Source: a virus. From it: DNA of 64,000 nucleotides. This document shows, piece by piece, positions 46,751-56,113 of this stretch. The stretch covers positions 1 through 64,000 of IMG/VR virus record IMGVR_UViG_3300021962_000077; one strand, 5' to 3'. The position numbers and the translations under genes are program-made. The first letter of the stretch is position 1. The number at the start of each line of letters is the position of its first letter. The notes beneath the pieces were generated by a model. The model did no database searches and was not told where the DNA came from. It worked only from the letters and a program-made list of their open reading frames with translations.

Positions 46751-47536
46751 ATGGTATATAACAAAGTATATGAAAGCAATGATCCAGAAGGATCAGAATC
46801 TTCAAGGCCTGTTTCAATAGATAATATAGATGAAGCAGAATATGAAGTTGGTTATTTAGGAGATGCTATTCGTGCCAAGATGCGGCGTGATGGTAAAAGA
46901 TTCTGGGCTGGTGACAATATCAGCAACTACCTACATCCTACAGATAAAGAACATCTAATTAATGAAGCCACAGAAGCATTTGAATTAGTACTAGACCGTT
47001 TATTAATTGATCGTGAAAACGATCCTAATAGTAAAGGCACAGCACGTAGACTGGCTAAAATGTATTTTGAAGAAATAATGGCAGGTAGATATGAACCAGC
47101 ACCAGATTGTACAGCGTTTCCTAATGATAGCGCGGATCGTTATGAGGGTATGCTTGTGGTTCGCAGTGAGCTTCGTAGTATGTGCAGTCATCACCATCAG
47201 CCTGTTAACGGTGTGGCTTATATTGGAATCATCGCCGCAGAAAAACTCATTGGATTGTCCAAGTACACACGTATTGCCCAATGGTGTGCTCGTAGAGGAA
47301 CCCTACAGGAAGAACTGTGTATTGACATAGCCAACGCAATCGAACAGGCCACAGGCAGTAATGATGTCGGTGTTTATATACAGGCTCAACATGGTTGTTG
47401 TGAAAACAGAGGAATTATGGCACACTCAAGTTTAACGCAGACTACAGTGTTGCGAGGGCTTTTCAAATCTGATACAAGCGTTAAAAAAGAGTTTATGGAC
47501 AATATTAAACTTCAACAAGATTTTGCACCGCGATGA
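46751..47536 (+). CDS. folE: GTP cyclohydrolase I
   Basis: SMCSHH, IGLSK, LQE, HGCCENRG. Confidence 0.95.
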   Translation: MVYNKVYESNDPEGSESSRPVSIDNIDEAEYEVGYLGDAIRAKMRRDGKRFWAGDNISNYLHPTDKEHLINEATEAFELVLDRLLIDRENDPNSKGTARRLAKMYFEEIMAGRYEPAPDCTAFPNDSADRYEGMLVVRSELRSMCSHHHQPVNGVAYIGIIAAEKLIGLSKYTRIAQWCARRGTLQEELCIDIANAIEQATGSNDVGVYIQAQHGCCENRGIMAHSSLTQTTVLRGLFKSDTSVKKEFMDNIKLQQDFAPR

Positions 47537-47646
47537 TCATCACAAACTGCACAGGCGAGATTCGATTGCCTTGGGAACCAGGGCTGTTAGAATGGTTGCA
47601 GGAACACTATCCTGCCAGCCAATATAGAGTGGTAGAATTAACTTAA
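47533..47646 (+). CDS. 37-aa hypothetical protein (not in ORF track)
   Basis: atga overlap with folE stop; MIITNCTGEIRLPWEPGLLEWLQEHYPASQYRVVELT. Confidence 0.5.
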   Translation: MIITNCTGEIRLPWEPGLLEWLQEHYPASQYRVVELT

Positions 47647-47657
47647 AGGAAAACAAA

Positions 47658-47849
47658 ATGAGTAAATTGAGCAAATTGAATAAAGTAAACGAAAGTATCA
47701 CACTGCACCGTTATGACAACGGCTTTATGGTAGAAGTGGGTGGACGTGATGATGAAAACGATTGGAAAACTGCCAAGGTTCTTTGCAACACAGAAGAAGA
47801 AATGATCGCTGTGGTCAAAGAGTGGATCACTATGGAAATTGATACTTAA
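47658..47849 (+). CDS. Hypothetical protein
   Basis: SD aagga; YDNGFMVEVGG. Confidence 0.6.
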   Translation: MSKLSKLNKVNESITLHRYDNGFMVEVGGRDDENDWKTAKVLCNTEEEMIAVVKEWITMEIDT

Positions 47850-47859
47850 GGGGAAATTT

Positions 47860-48555
47860 ATGTTTGGATCTAACTATACAGAGTATAATGTTTTAAACTA
47901 TAGATCGGCTAGTGAGATTAATCAAGCTATGGGTAGAGTCTATGGCTATATGGGGCTAGCTACACTTGTCAGTATGTTGGTCAGTTTATTTGTAGGTACA
48001 ACACCTGAATTAGTAAACTTTTTCTTCACTGGCATTATGCATTGGATTGTAATTTTTGCACCGTTAGTTGCTGTAATTGGACTAACTATTGCATTGAATG
48101 CCAATCCGTCAAAAGAAATTGCACTTGCCATGCTTGTAGGTTTTTCAGCTATAATGGGGTTGAGCTTTGCTGTAATCTTTGCTGTATACACAATGGCTAG
48201 TATTTTTAGTGCATTTATGGGAGCAGCAGTGTTGTTCGGTACTATGAGTTTTTATGGTTACTTTACCAAAAAAGATCTAGATAGCCTAGGAAAATTTATG
48301 TTTGTTGGACTTATTGCTATTGTTATTGCCAGCCTTATCAATATTTTTGTTGGTAGTACTGTAATGCAAATGGTTATAAGTGCTTTGGCAATTATTATTT
48401 TTATGGGACTGACTGCTTATGACACTCAAAAGATTCGAGAAATTGTTAGCGCAGAAACTACACCAGCTGTAGAAATAAGTGGTGCATTAACACTGTACTT
48501 GGATTTTATTAATATATTCCTAAGTTTGCTACAGCTATTCGGTGATAGAAAATGA
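47860..48555 (+). CDS. Bax inhibitor-1/YccA family membrane protein
   Basis: About 7 TM; YDTQKI; ALTLYLDFINIF. Confidence 0.9.
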   Translation: MFGSNYTEYNVLNYRSASEINQAMGRVYGYMGLATLVSMLVSLFVGTTPELVNFFFTGIMHWIVIFAPLVAVIGLTIALNANPSKEIALAMLVGFSAIMGLSFAVIFAVYTMASIFSAFMGAAVLFGTMSFYGYFTKKDLDSLGKFMFVGLIAIVIASLINIFVGSTVMQMVISALAIIIFMGLTAYDTQKIREIVSAETTPAVEISGALTLYLDFINIFLSLLQLFGDRK

Positions 48556-48770
48556 ATTCAGCAGAACAGGCAAGTAATCTAATTTTTAGAGCAAAACATC
48601 TTGTTGAGTTTATAGTAGAAACAGAAGTGCCAGAAAATTTTAGATTTAATGGCACTATTCCGTTTGACATTACTATAAAAGATAATATAATTACTGCAAA
48701 GGTTTATGCTATAGATTTCGATGAGGCTGTACATAGGCTAAATGAATATTTAGAAAGTTGCAATGACTAG
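48552..48770 (+). CDS. Hypothetical protein
   Basis: 72-aa coupled ORF. Confidence 0.55.
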   Translation: MNSAEQASNLIFRAKHLVEFIVETEVPENFRFNGTIPFDITIKDNIITAKVYAIDFDEAVHRLNEYLESCND

Positions 48771-48787
48771 TTGTCAGAAAGATTAAA

Positions 48788-49648
48788 ATGAGTAAAATAA
48801 AAATAGCCGAATTATTCTATAGTATACAAGGAGAAGGACGTTACATGGGTGTACCGTCCGTATTCTTACGCACCTTTGGTTGTAACTTTAAATGTGCAGG
48901 GTTTGGTATGCCGGCAGGACAACTAAGCACTGAAGTTGAAGATATTGCCTACACTCATGAAAATATAGAATCGTTTCAACGTTACGAAGAGCTACCTTTG
49001 GTTAGTACAGGCTGCGATAGTTATGCATCGTGGGATCCAAGATTCAAAGATCTGAGTCCTATGCTAGAAAGCAATGCTATTGTTAATCGTATTATGGAAA
49101 TACTTCCACATCGTCGTTGGGAAGACGAACATCTTGTTATTACTGGCGGTGAGCCATTGCTGGGGTGGCAACGTGCTTATCCAGATCTATTAGATCATCC
49201 TAGTATGCACAGACTCAAAGAGATCACATTTGAAACCAATGGCACTCAAAAACTCACACCTGAGTTTAAAGAATATTTGTTAGGATGGGATCGACAGGAT
49301 CATCAGCAGAGAGAAATCACTTTCAGTGTAAGTGCCAAACTTCCTTGCAGTGGAGAAAAGTGGGAAGAAGCTATTCTACCAGAAGTTGTATGTGAATACG
49401 AAGAAGTAGGCACAGCGTATCTAAAATTTGTTATTGCTACAGAAGAAGATAGAGACTATGCATTGAAAGCGGCTGGCGAATATCGTGCGGCTGGTTTTAA
49501 AGGACACGTTTATCTCATGCCAGTGGGTGGTGTAGAAAGTGTTTACACGTTGAATAATCGTCGTGTTGCAGAACTGGCAATGAAACATGGTCTACGCTAC
49601 AGCGACAGACTACAAGTACCATTGTTTAAAAATGAATGGGGAACCTAA
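48788..49648 (+). CDS. queE: 7-carboxy-7-deazaguanine synthase (radical SAM)
   Basis: FYSIQGEG, FLRTFGCNFKC...CDS (expanded Cys spacing), ITGGEP, FETNGT, SDRLQ. Confidence 0.88.
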   Translation: MSKIKIAELFYSIQGEGRYMGVPSVFLRTFGCNFKCAGFGMPAGQLSTEVEDIAYTHENIESFQRYEELPLVSTGCDSYASWDPRFKDLSPMLESNAIVNRIMEILPHRRWEDEHLVITGGEPLLGWQRAYPDLLDHPSMHRLKEITFETNGTQKLTPEFKEYLLGWDRQDHQQREITFSVSAKLPCSGEKWEEAILPEVVCEYEEVGTAYLKFVIATEEDRDYALKAAGEYRAAGFKGHVYLMPVGGVESVYTLNNRRVAELAMKHGLRYSDRLQVPLFKNEWGT

Positions 49649-50121
49649 TGATAAAACAATTTTTCAAAAAAATCACAGGTATAGAGGCAATTGAAAATGC
49701 TAAATTGGCAGCTCGTGCAGAAGCAGAAGCCGCTGTAAAAATTGCAGAAGACGCTGCCAACGCTGCCAAAGATGCATTAGATGCAGTTGAACGGGCAAAT
49801 AAAGAAGCCGAGATAGCTAAGATGACTCCAAAAGAACGTGCTACTGCTAGAGGAGAACCTTGGGTAGACGTGTTAGAAACTCACGTTAACAAAGATAATA
49901 TTCGAAATGGCTTTTTTGAACTTGACTGGAACGATCTATTTGTGCTACAATTGAAACAAGCTGGATATGGTTTTGATGGTGATCCAGACGAAGAAATCGT
50001 AGATCGTTGGTTTAGAGATTTAGCCAGGAACATGTTAGGTGAAGAAGGCTTGGATCAAAGTCGAGGATCTGGATTTATTAATGTAAGCAAACTAGCGGAC
50101 GGTAAAGCCGAAGTAAAATGA
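49648..50121 (+). CDS. Hypothetical protein
   Basis: Ala-rich coil then GEPWV...GFFELDWN. Confidence 0.65.
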   Translation: MIKQFFKKITGIEAIENAKLAARAEAEAAVKIAEDAANAAKDALDAVERANKEAEIAKMTPKERATARGEPWVDVLETHVNKDNIRNGFFELDWNDLFVLQLKQAGYGFDGDPDEEIVDRWFRDLARNMLGEEGLDQSRGSGFINVSKLADGKAEVK

Positions 50122-51137
50122 GTTATATTCTAGTTGATACTGCTAACACGTTTTTTCGTGCAAGGCATGTAGTAAGAGGTGATGCTAATATTAAACTTGG
50201 CATGGCCATGCATATTACATTTAACAGTATCAAAAAAGCATGGCAAGATTTTGGAGGGAAACATGTCGTATTCTGTCTCGAAGGTCGATCATGGCGTAAA
50301 GATTTTTATGCTCCTTACAAACGCAATCGACAAGAAACCCGCGATGCAATGTCAGCAAAGGAACAAGAAGAAGATAAATTGTTCTGGGAAACTTTTGATG
50401 CATTCAAAACATTCATTAGTGATAAGACTAATTGTACAGTTTTACAACATCCAAGATTAGAAGCCGATGATTTAATTGCAGGTTTTATACAAGCTCATCC
50501 AAATGATAATCATGTAATCATTAGCACAGACACAGATTTTCATCAATTAATTGCACCCAATGTCAAACAGTATAACGGTGTAGCAGATACACTGACTACA
50601 CACGAAGGTATCTTTGATAAAAAAGGTAAATCAGTTCTTGATAAGAAAACTAAAGAGCCAATGCCGGCACCAAATCCAAAGTGGATTTTATTTGAAAAAT
50701 GTATGAGAGGTGATACCAGTGACAATGTTTTCTCTGCTTATCCTGGCGTTCGTACTAAGGGTAGTAAGAACAAAGTCGGACTGACAGAAGCGTTTGAAGA
50801 CCGTGACAAAAAAGGCTTCAATTGGAATAATCTCATGCTTCAGCGTTGGGTTGATCATAACGGAATCGAACATCGTGTATTAGATGATTATCAGCGTAAT
50901 GTTACCCTTGTTGATCTAACTGCACAGCCTACAGAAATTAAACAGATCATTCGTGACACTATTGACCAAGGCGCAAGACCAAAAGATATTAGTCAGGTAG
51001 GAATTAGACTTTTAAAATTCTGTAATTTATATGACTTACAGAAAATCTCTGATAATATACAAAGTTATGCAGAACCATTTCAAGCCAAGTATCCTGAATC
51101 AGCAGTTACTTGGCGCAAACTAGTTGAGGAAGTTTAA
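50118..51137 (+). CDS. 5'-3' exonuclease/RNase H (T4 rnh/FEN-like)
   Basis: LVD, WRK..Y..YK.NR, EADD, STDTD..Q, GDTSDN..PG. Confidence 0.9.
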   Translation: MSYILVDTANTFFRARHVVRGDANIKLGMAMHITFNSIKKAWQDFGGKHVVFCLEGRSWRKDFYAPYKRNRQETRDAMSAKEQEEDKLFWETFDAFKTFISDKTNCTVLQHPRLEADDLIAGFIQAHPNDNHVIISTDTDFHQLIAPNVKQYNGVADTLTTHEGIFDKKGKSVLDKKTKEPMPAPNPKWILFEKCMRGDTSDNVFSAYPGVRTKGSKNKVGLTEAFEDRDKKGFNWNNLMLQRWVDHNGIEHRVLDDYQRNVTLVDLTAQPTEIKQIIRDTIDQGARPKDISQVGIRLLKFCNLYDLQKISDNIQSYAEPFQAKYPESAVTWRKLVEEV

Positions 51138-51611
51138 ATGACAGAATTATATGCTAAGCCGATAGTCGATGGTAAATTTTGGATCGTTGAAATGAACGGA
51201 GAAAAAATTGCCACTTTACACAAAAAAGAAAACAACAAGTTTATGTTGAGTAATAAAGATGGCGAAATTTACTTCAGTAAAAAAGAAGAATTGACTAAAC
51301 AATTTGGCAAAAATTTCTTTTTACCTAAGATCAAAACAAAAATTACTTCAGTCGAAATAAATGAATGTCACGGATTTCCTACTAGTTGTACACCTTACAA
51401 TAGTATGTTTGATGTAAGACAGAAATTACCATTATTCACAAAAAGTTCTGCAAGTAAAAGTTTATATTGTGCAGGGTACTATATAATTAAATTCGACAAA
51501 GGATGGGTAAAGAGTTTTTGTCCTAAACTTATCACCATTGAAAGATACCCTTTTAAAGGTCCATTTACTAGTGAATTAGAAATGAAACAGGTATTATCAA
51601 ATGTCAAATGA
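51138..51611 (+). CDS. Hypothetical protein
   Basis: 157-aa ORF. Confidence 0.7.
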   Translation: MTELYAKPIVDGKFWIVEMNGEKIATLHKKENNKFMLSNKDGEIYFSKKEELTKQFGKNFFLPKIKTKITSVEINECHGFPTSCTPYNSMFDVRQKLPLFTKSSASKSLYCAGYYIIKFDKGWVKSFCPKLITIERYPFKGPFTSELEMKQVLSNVK

Positions 51612-51849
51612 TCCTATTAACACCATTGCCATACAACAGTTTATACAACAAGTTAAAATTGCAGATGCTAGTCAACAAAAAGAAATAAGACTAGATATGA
51701 AACAGGCAAAAAATATCAGCTTTGCACTAACAGAAGTTCTAGCAAAATTAACACAAGATTATGAAGTAATGCTTCAAGAATTGTTAAAAGCCGGTGGTAA
51801 CGACACTATAACAGTTGCCATGGACGGTGGTGGATTTGGCACGAAATAA
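51601..51849 (+). CDS. Hypothetical protein
   Basis: 82-aa ORF ending MDGGGF. Confidence 0.6.
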   Translation: MSNDPINTIAIQQFIQQVKIADASQQKEIRLDMKQAKNISFALTEVLAKLTQDYEVMLQELLKAGGNDTITVAMDGGGFGTK

Positions 51850-51852
51850 GGA

Positions 51853-51887
51853 TAAATATATGCGTAGTTATCAAGGACGCATATATG
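51853..51887 (+). promoter_or_regulatory. TAAATA promoter overlapping the 5' arm of a start-codon-sequestering hairpin
   Basis: atatatgcgt-agttatcaagg-acgcatatat(g): perfect 10-bp stem covering the ATG. Confidence 0.7.
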
Positions 51888-52169
51888 TCAAGGCCCAAGC
51901 CAAACGTATTATTAGAGCATATTAATAAGAAAACTTATAAGAGCGAGCAGATCTTAGAAGCAGATGCTATTTGGGCGGTGTTTTATAAAGGCGAGCCATT
52001 TAATTTGAAAAGTTCTAACAGTTTAACCAGTTATCCTGGACCTAAATATAAAAAAGTAAGTTTTTCAAATCCTGGTCATGCACATAATCTTGCTAAGAAA
52101 TTGAACTTGACATTTGGCTGTCAAGACTTTCAAGTTGTAAAATTAACACAGGGCGAAATTATAAAATGA
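51885..52169 (+). CDS. Hypothetical protein
   Basis: MSRPKP...GPKYKK.SFSNPGHA. Confidence 0.7.
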   Translation: MSRPKPNVLLEHINKKTYKSEQILEADAIWAVFYKGEPFNLKSSNSLTSYPGPKYKKVSFSNPGHAHNLAKKLNLTFGCQDFQVVKLTQGEIIK

Positions 52170-52555
52170 TAAGCAAAGAAACATATACTACTATGTTTCT
52201 AAAAGAATGGGGCAAAAGTGCAGATGCTGCCAATCTAAAGCTGTATACTAGAACGTGGTGGCAAAACAACAGATCAAAAGATTCGGGCGGTTTACGTCTT
52301 ACTGATCAAGGTTATGAATTTTTGGTTGGAGAACTAAATTTAAAAGAATATGAAATTCCTTTTACCGAACCAATCGAACTTAGCCCGCAAACAATAATCT
52401 TTTTGGACAGATACATCGACTGTCCATACTATCTTACCAATAAAAGTATCACAGTATTCTCTGAACGTAAAAGTTTTGAACTTTTTATGTTTTCGGACGA
52501 CATACGAAAACTTGGCATCATCAAAGCCATCAATAATTTAAAAACGCAAGAATAA
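52166..52555 (+). CDS. Hypothetical protein
   Basis: GLRLT..G motif. Confidence 0.65.
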   Translation: MISKETYTTMFLKEWGKSADAANLKLYTRTWWQNNRSKDSGGLRLTDQGYEFLVGELNLKEYEIPFTEPIELSPQTIIFLDRYIDCPYYLTNKSITVFSERKSFELFMFSDDIRKLGIIKAINNLKTQE

Positions 52556-52575
52556 AATTTTTGGCTAACAAGCTG

Positions 52576-52604
52576 TTGACAGAATAGAATTATTGTCATA
52601 TAAT
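52576..52604 (+). promoter_or_regulatory. Sigma70 promoter TTGACA-17-TATAAT
   Basis: Perfect consensus. Confidence 0.8.
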
Positions 52605-52647
52605 ACTAGGACAGTGATAGCAATTTTTTTAACAAGATAGGAATTTT

Positions 52648-53745
52648 ATGAGCGAAATCATTTCTCGTACAGTTGGCCCAAAAGGTGCTATGAAAGGTCT
52701 ACGCAAGGCTTTTAAAAATAAACGTCCGTTGTTTCTTTGGGGACCTCCGGGCATTGGCAAATCAGATATTATCAAACAACTAGGTGCCGAGTTAGATGCT
52801 CATGTCATCGACGTTCGTTTGAGCTTGTGGGAACCTACTGATATTAAAGGTATTCCATACTTTGACTCAAACACTAGCAAAATGGTTTGGGCTCCTCCTA
52901 GCGAATTGCCAGATGATGCAATGGCAAAAGAGCATAATCAAATTATCCTATTCTTGGATGAAATGAACTCTGCGGCACCTAGTGTGCAAGCGGCAGCTTA
53001 TCAACTTATTCTAAATCGTCGTGTTGGTACTTATAAGTTGCCAGATAACGTTGTAATGGTGGCAGCTGGTAACCGTGAAACTGACAAGGGCGTAACTTAT
53101 CGCATGCCTGCTCCGTTGGCCAACCGGTTTGTTCACTTGGAGATGCAAGTAGATTTTGATGACTGGGCACAATGGGCCACTGACAATCGTATTCATAAGG
53201 ATGTAGTCGGCTATTTAACTTTCTCTAAAAAGGACTTGTACGACTTTGATCCAAAATCTGGTTCACGTGCATTTGCTACACCTCGTAGTTGGAGCTTTGT
53301 TAGCGAATTGTTAATGGATGATGATACCGAAGAAGATACACTGTCAGATTTGATTAGTGGTTCCGTTGGTGAAGGCTTGGGCATTAAGTTTATGGCACAC
53401 CGCAAAGTATCAAGCAAGATGCCTAATCCTACAGATATTTTGCAGGGTAAAGTTAAAGAGATTAAGACCAAAGAAATCTCTGCTCAATACAGTTTGGTTA
53501 CTAGTTTGTGTTATGAACTGAAAGATGCCGCTGACAAAAAAGCCAAAGACTGGAACAAACAGGTCAATCACTTTTTTGAATTTATGATGAATAACTTTGA
53601 AACTGAGTTGGTTGTTATGGGCACTAAATTGAGTCTAAGCCAATACAAGTTGCCATTGGATCCAGATGAGATCGAGTGTTTTGATGAGTTCCATGGTAAG
53701 TTTGGCAAGTACATTGCACAGGCTACAGAAAAACACGAACGTTAA
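52648..53745 (+). CDS. MoxR/AAA_5-like ATPase
   Basis: GPPGIGKS, LFLDE, AAGN, PLANRF, TPRSW. Confidence 0.88.
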   Translation: MSEIISRTVGPKGAMKGLRKAFKNKRPLFLWGPPGIGKSDIIKQLGAELDAHVIDVRLSLWEPTDIKGIPYFDSNTSKMVWAPPSELPDDAMAKEHNQIILFLDEMNSAAPSVQAAAYQLILNRRVGTYKLPDNVVMVAAGNRETDKGVTYRMPAPLANRFVHLEMQVDFDDWAQWATDNRIHKDVVGYLTFSKKDLYDFDPKSGSRAFATPRSWSFVSELLMDDDTEEDTLSDLISGSVGEGLGIKFMAHRKVSSKMPNPTDILQGKVKEIKTKEISAQYSLVTSLCYELKDAADKKAKDWNKQVNHFFEFMMNNFETELVVMGTKLSLSQYKLPLDPDEIECFDEFHGKFGKYIAQATEKHER

Positions 53746-53762
53746 TCTAAAAATTATATCAT

Positions 53763-53791
53763 TTGACACCTCCTTCGGGAGGTGTTATAAT
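53763..53791 (+). promoter_or_regulatory. Sigma70 promoter whose spacer is a C(UUCG)G hairpin
   Basis: TTGACA-cctccttcgggaggtgt-TATAAT; stem acacctcc/ggaggtgt. Confidence 0.75.
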
Positions 53792-53820
53792 ATATACATA
53801 CAGTAAACGAAGGAACTAAA

Positions 53821-55017
53821 ATGTCACACATTGATCCAGTAATTGACAAAATTATTGTAGCTCGCGTTGGCTTGCTACTACGTCATCCGTTTTTTGGCAA
53901 TATGGCTACTCGTCTTAAAATTATGGACGGTAGCGATTGGTGCCCTACAGCGGCTACTGACGGACGTCATCTATACTACAATCGAAAATTTTTTGAAAAA
54001 CTAAGCACTAAAGAAGTCGAGTTTGTAGTAGCACACGAAATTCTACACAATGTATTTGATCATATGTCTCGTAGCGAAGGCAGAAATAAAGCAATTTGGA
54101 ATGCCGCAGTTGACTATACTGTTAATGGTCAATTAGTTCGTGATCGAATTGGAACAAGTCCCAAAGACATTAAAATTTTCCATGATCCAAAACATTATGG
54201 TAAACCTGCAGAACAAATTTATGATGAAATCTTTGAAGAAGAAGATGAAAAAAGTTTAGCTGCCTTAGGTCAATTACTTGACGAGCATATCGATTGGTCC
54301 GACGGTGACGATAACGGCAACGGCAACGGAAAACCACAATATTCTAAAGAAGAACTTAAACAAATCAGAGACGAAATTCGTGAGGCTACTATACAAGCAG
54401 CCAATGCGGCAGGTGCAGGTAACGTTCCTGCTAATATCCAACGAATGATCAAAGAACTAACTGAGCCAAAGATGAATTGGCGCGAAATATTGCGTCAACA
54501 AATTCAAAGTACTATTAAGAACGACTACACATTTATTCGTCCTAATCGCAAGGGCTGGCATATGAGTGCTATTCTTCCAGGTACTAACTACGACGAAACG
54601 ATTGATATCTGTATCGGTATTGATATGAGTGGTAGTATCTCAGATAAGCAAGCCAAAGATTTTATTGCAGAAATAAAAGGTATTATGGATCAGTACCAAG
54701 ACTATAAGATTAAATTATGGTGTTTTGATACTCGAGTGTATAACGAAGCAGATTTTGATGGCACTGGTAGTAACGATATCATGGAATATGAAGTTATCGG
54801 CGGTGGCGGAACTGAATTTGATGCTAACTGGGAATATATGAAAGAGCACGATATTCAACCTAAAAAGTTTATCATGTTTACAGACGGTTATCCTTGGGGT
54901 AGTTGGGGCGATGAAAATTACTGTGATACAGTATTCATTATTCATGGCAACGATAAAATTGTTCCGCCTTGGGGGACTTACGCATATTATGAACAGAACG
55001 GTACCATTAGAAGTTGA
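53821..55017 (+). CDS. Metallopeptidase-like + VWA domain protein (DUF2201-like), AAA partner
   Basis: AATDG, AHEILH, IDMSGS (MIDAS), GGGGT.F, FTDG. Confidence 0.85.
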   Translation: MSHIDPVIDKIIVARVGLLLRHPFFGNMATRLKIMDGSDWCPTAATDGRHLYYNRKFFEKLSTKEVEFVVAHEILHNVFDHMSRSEGRNKAIWNAAVDYTVNGQLVRDRIGTSPKDIKIFHDPKHYGKPAEQIYDEIFEEEDEKSLAALGQLLDEHIDWSDGDDNGNGNGKPQYSKEELKQIRDEIREATIQAANAAGAGNVPANIQRMIKELTEPKMNWREILRQQIQSTIKNDYTFIRPNRKGWHMSAILPGTNYDETIDICIGIDMSGSISDKQAKDFIAEIKGIMDQYQDYKIKLWCFDTRVYNEADFDGTGSNDIMEYEVIGGGGTEFDANWEYMKEHDIQPKKFIMFTDGYPWGSWGDENYCDTVFIIHGNDKIVPPWGTYAYYEQNGTIRS

Positions 55018-55543
55018 TTCTTTCAGTGCCGGACAAGTTGAAAGTAAAATTTGGGCGGCACAAGAATTAGAACGTGTTGTAGCTCATACTCATATTCTTA
55101 GAATTAGCATTCTAGGTGGATGGTATGGGTTGCTACATTTTATTTTAAAATCAAGAGGGCGACAAATGATTGAATGGTGTCGCAGTTACGATATTAACCC
55201 CTCTGTATGTTCAGTGGCTAATGTTATTAATAACACATGGGAAATGAAGGAATGGTCGTTTAAAAGCCTTCCTATGGATGCTAATCTTGTAGACTTTTCT
55301 GATGGCACTAATACTGTCATTAATACATCTACAGAACATTTTTCCAGTAACCAGTGGTATGAAAATATCCCCGAAGGATTCTTGTGTTTATTTCAAGGTA
55401 ACGATTTAGATATAGAAGACCATGTACAACGCCCTCAAGATCTTGCACATTTTAAATCTATGTTTCCTCTAAAAACAATGTTGTTTGAAGGTGAACTTAA
55501 ATTTCCTGAATATACTAGATATATGATAATTGGACACAAATAA
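54989..55543 (+). CDS. SAM-dependent methyltransferase-like protein
   Basis: ILGGWYG, YDIN, INTSTEH, RYMIIG. Confidence 0.55.
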   Translation: MNRTVPLEVDSFSAGQVESKIWAAQELERVVAHTHILRISILGGWYGLLHFILKSRGRQMIEWCRSYDINPSVCSVANVINNTWEMKEWSFKSLPMDANLVDFSDGTNTVINTSTEHFSSNQWYENIPEGFLCLFQGNDLDIEDHVQRPQDLAHFKSMFPLKTMLFEGELKFPEYTRYMIIGHK

Positions 55544-55824
55544 TGGCTATTAAAAACGGTAAGCCTAATCCATTAAATTACTTTGACCTACGCAAGGTAG
55601 ATTTTCCTGCGTTTCATTTTTACTATACTAGTCTTCCAAAATATACCCCTAATTTTATAAAACAATTAGATAACTGGATTTTTAATAGTTTGAACAGTCG
55701 ATACTACATAGGACAGGCGTTAGAACTAGACGCAAATAATAATCTTGTTTACGTTACTAGGATCGGATTTGAAGCTGAAAAAGAACTAAGTTTCTTCAGA
55801 ATTGCCTGTCCACATTTATCTTAA
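55543..55824 (+). CDS. Hypothetical protein
   Basis: 93-aa coupled ORF. Confidence 0.6.
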   Translation: MAIKNGKPNPLNYFDLRKVDFPAFHFYYTSLPKYTPNFIKQLDNWIFNSLNSRYYIGQALELDANNNLVYVTRIGFEAEKELSFFRIACPHLS

Positions 55825-55863
55825 TGATAATTATATACGTATTTTATTTCTAAAGGAGAAGTC

Positions 55864-56112
55864 ATGACAGAAGAAGTACAGAACCAACCAGCAGCAGCAG
55901 AAACCGCTCAACCTGCTCAACAAAAAGGCGCTGATTTAAATATCAATGATCTAAACGCATTAAAACAAATTATTGATGTTGCAAGTTCAAGAGGTGCCTT
56001 TAAACCAGGTACTGAAATGGTTGCAGTAGGTCAAGTTTATGAAAAACTAGCTTCGTTTTTAGAAGCAGTTGCTAAACAAGCCGAAGCATCAAAAGAAAAA
56101 ACTGGAGCATAA
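55864..56112 (+). CDS. Hypothetical protein
   Basis: SD aaggag; IIDVASSRGAF; TAATTA at 55828. Confidence 0.65.
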   Translation: MTEEVQNQPAAAETAQPAQQKGADLNINDLNALKQIIDVASSRGAFKPGTEMVAVGQVYEKLASFLEAVAKQAEASKEKTGA

Positions 56113-56113
56113 T

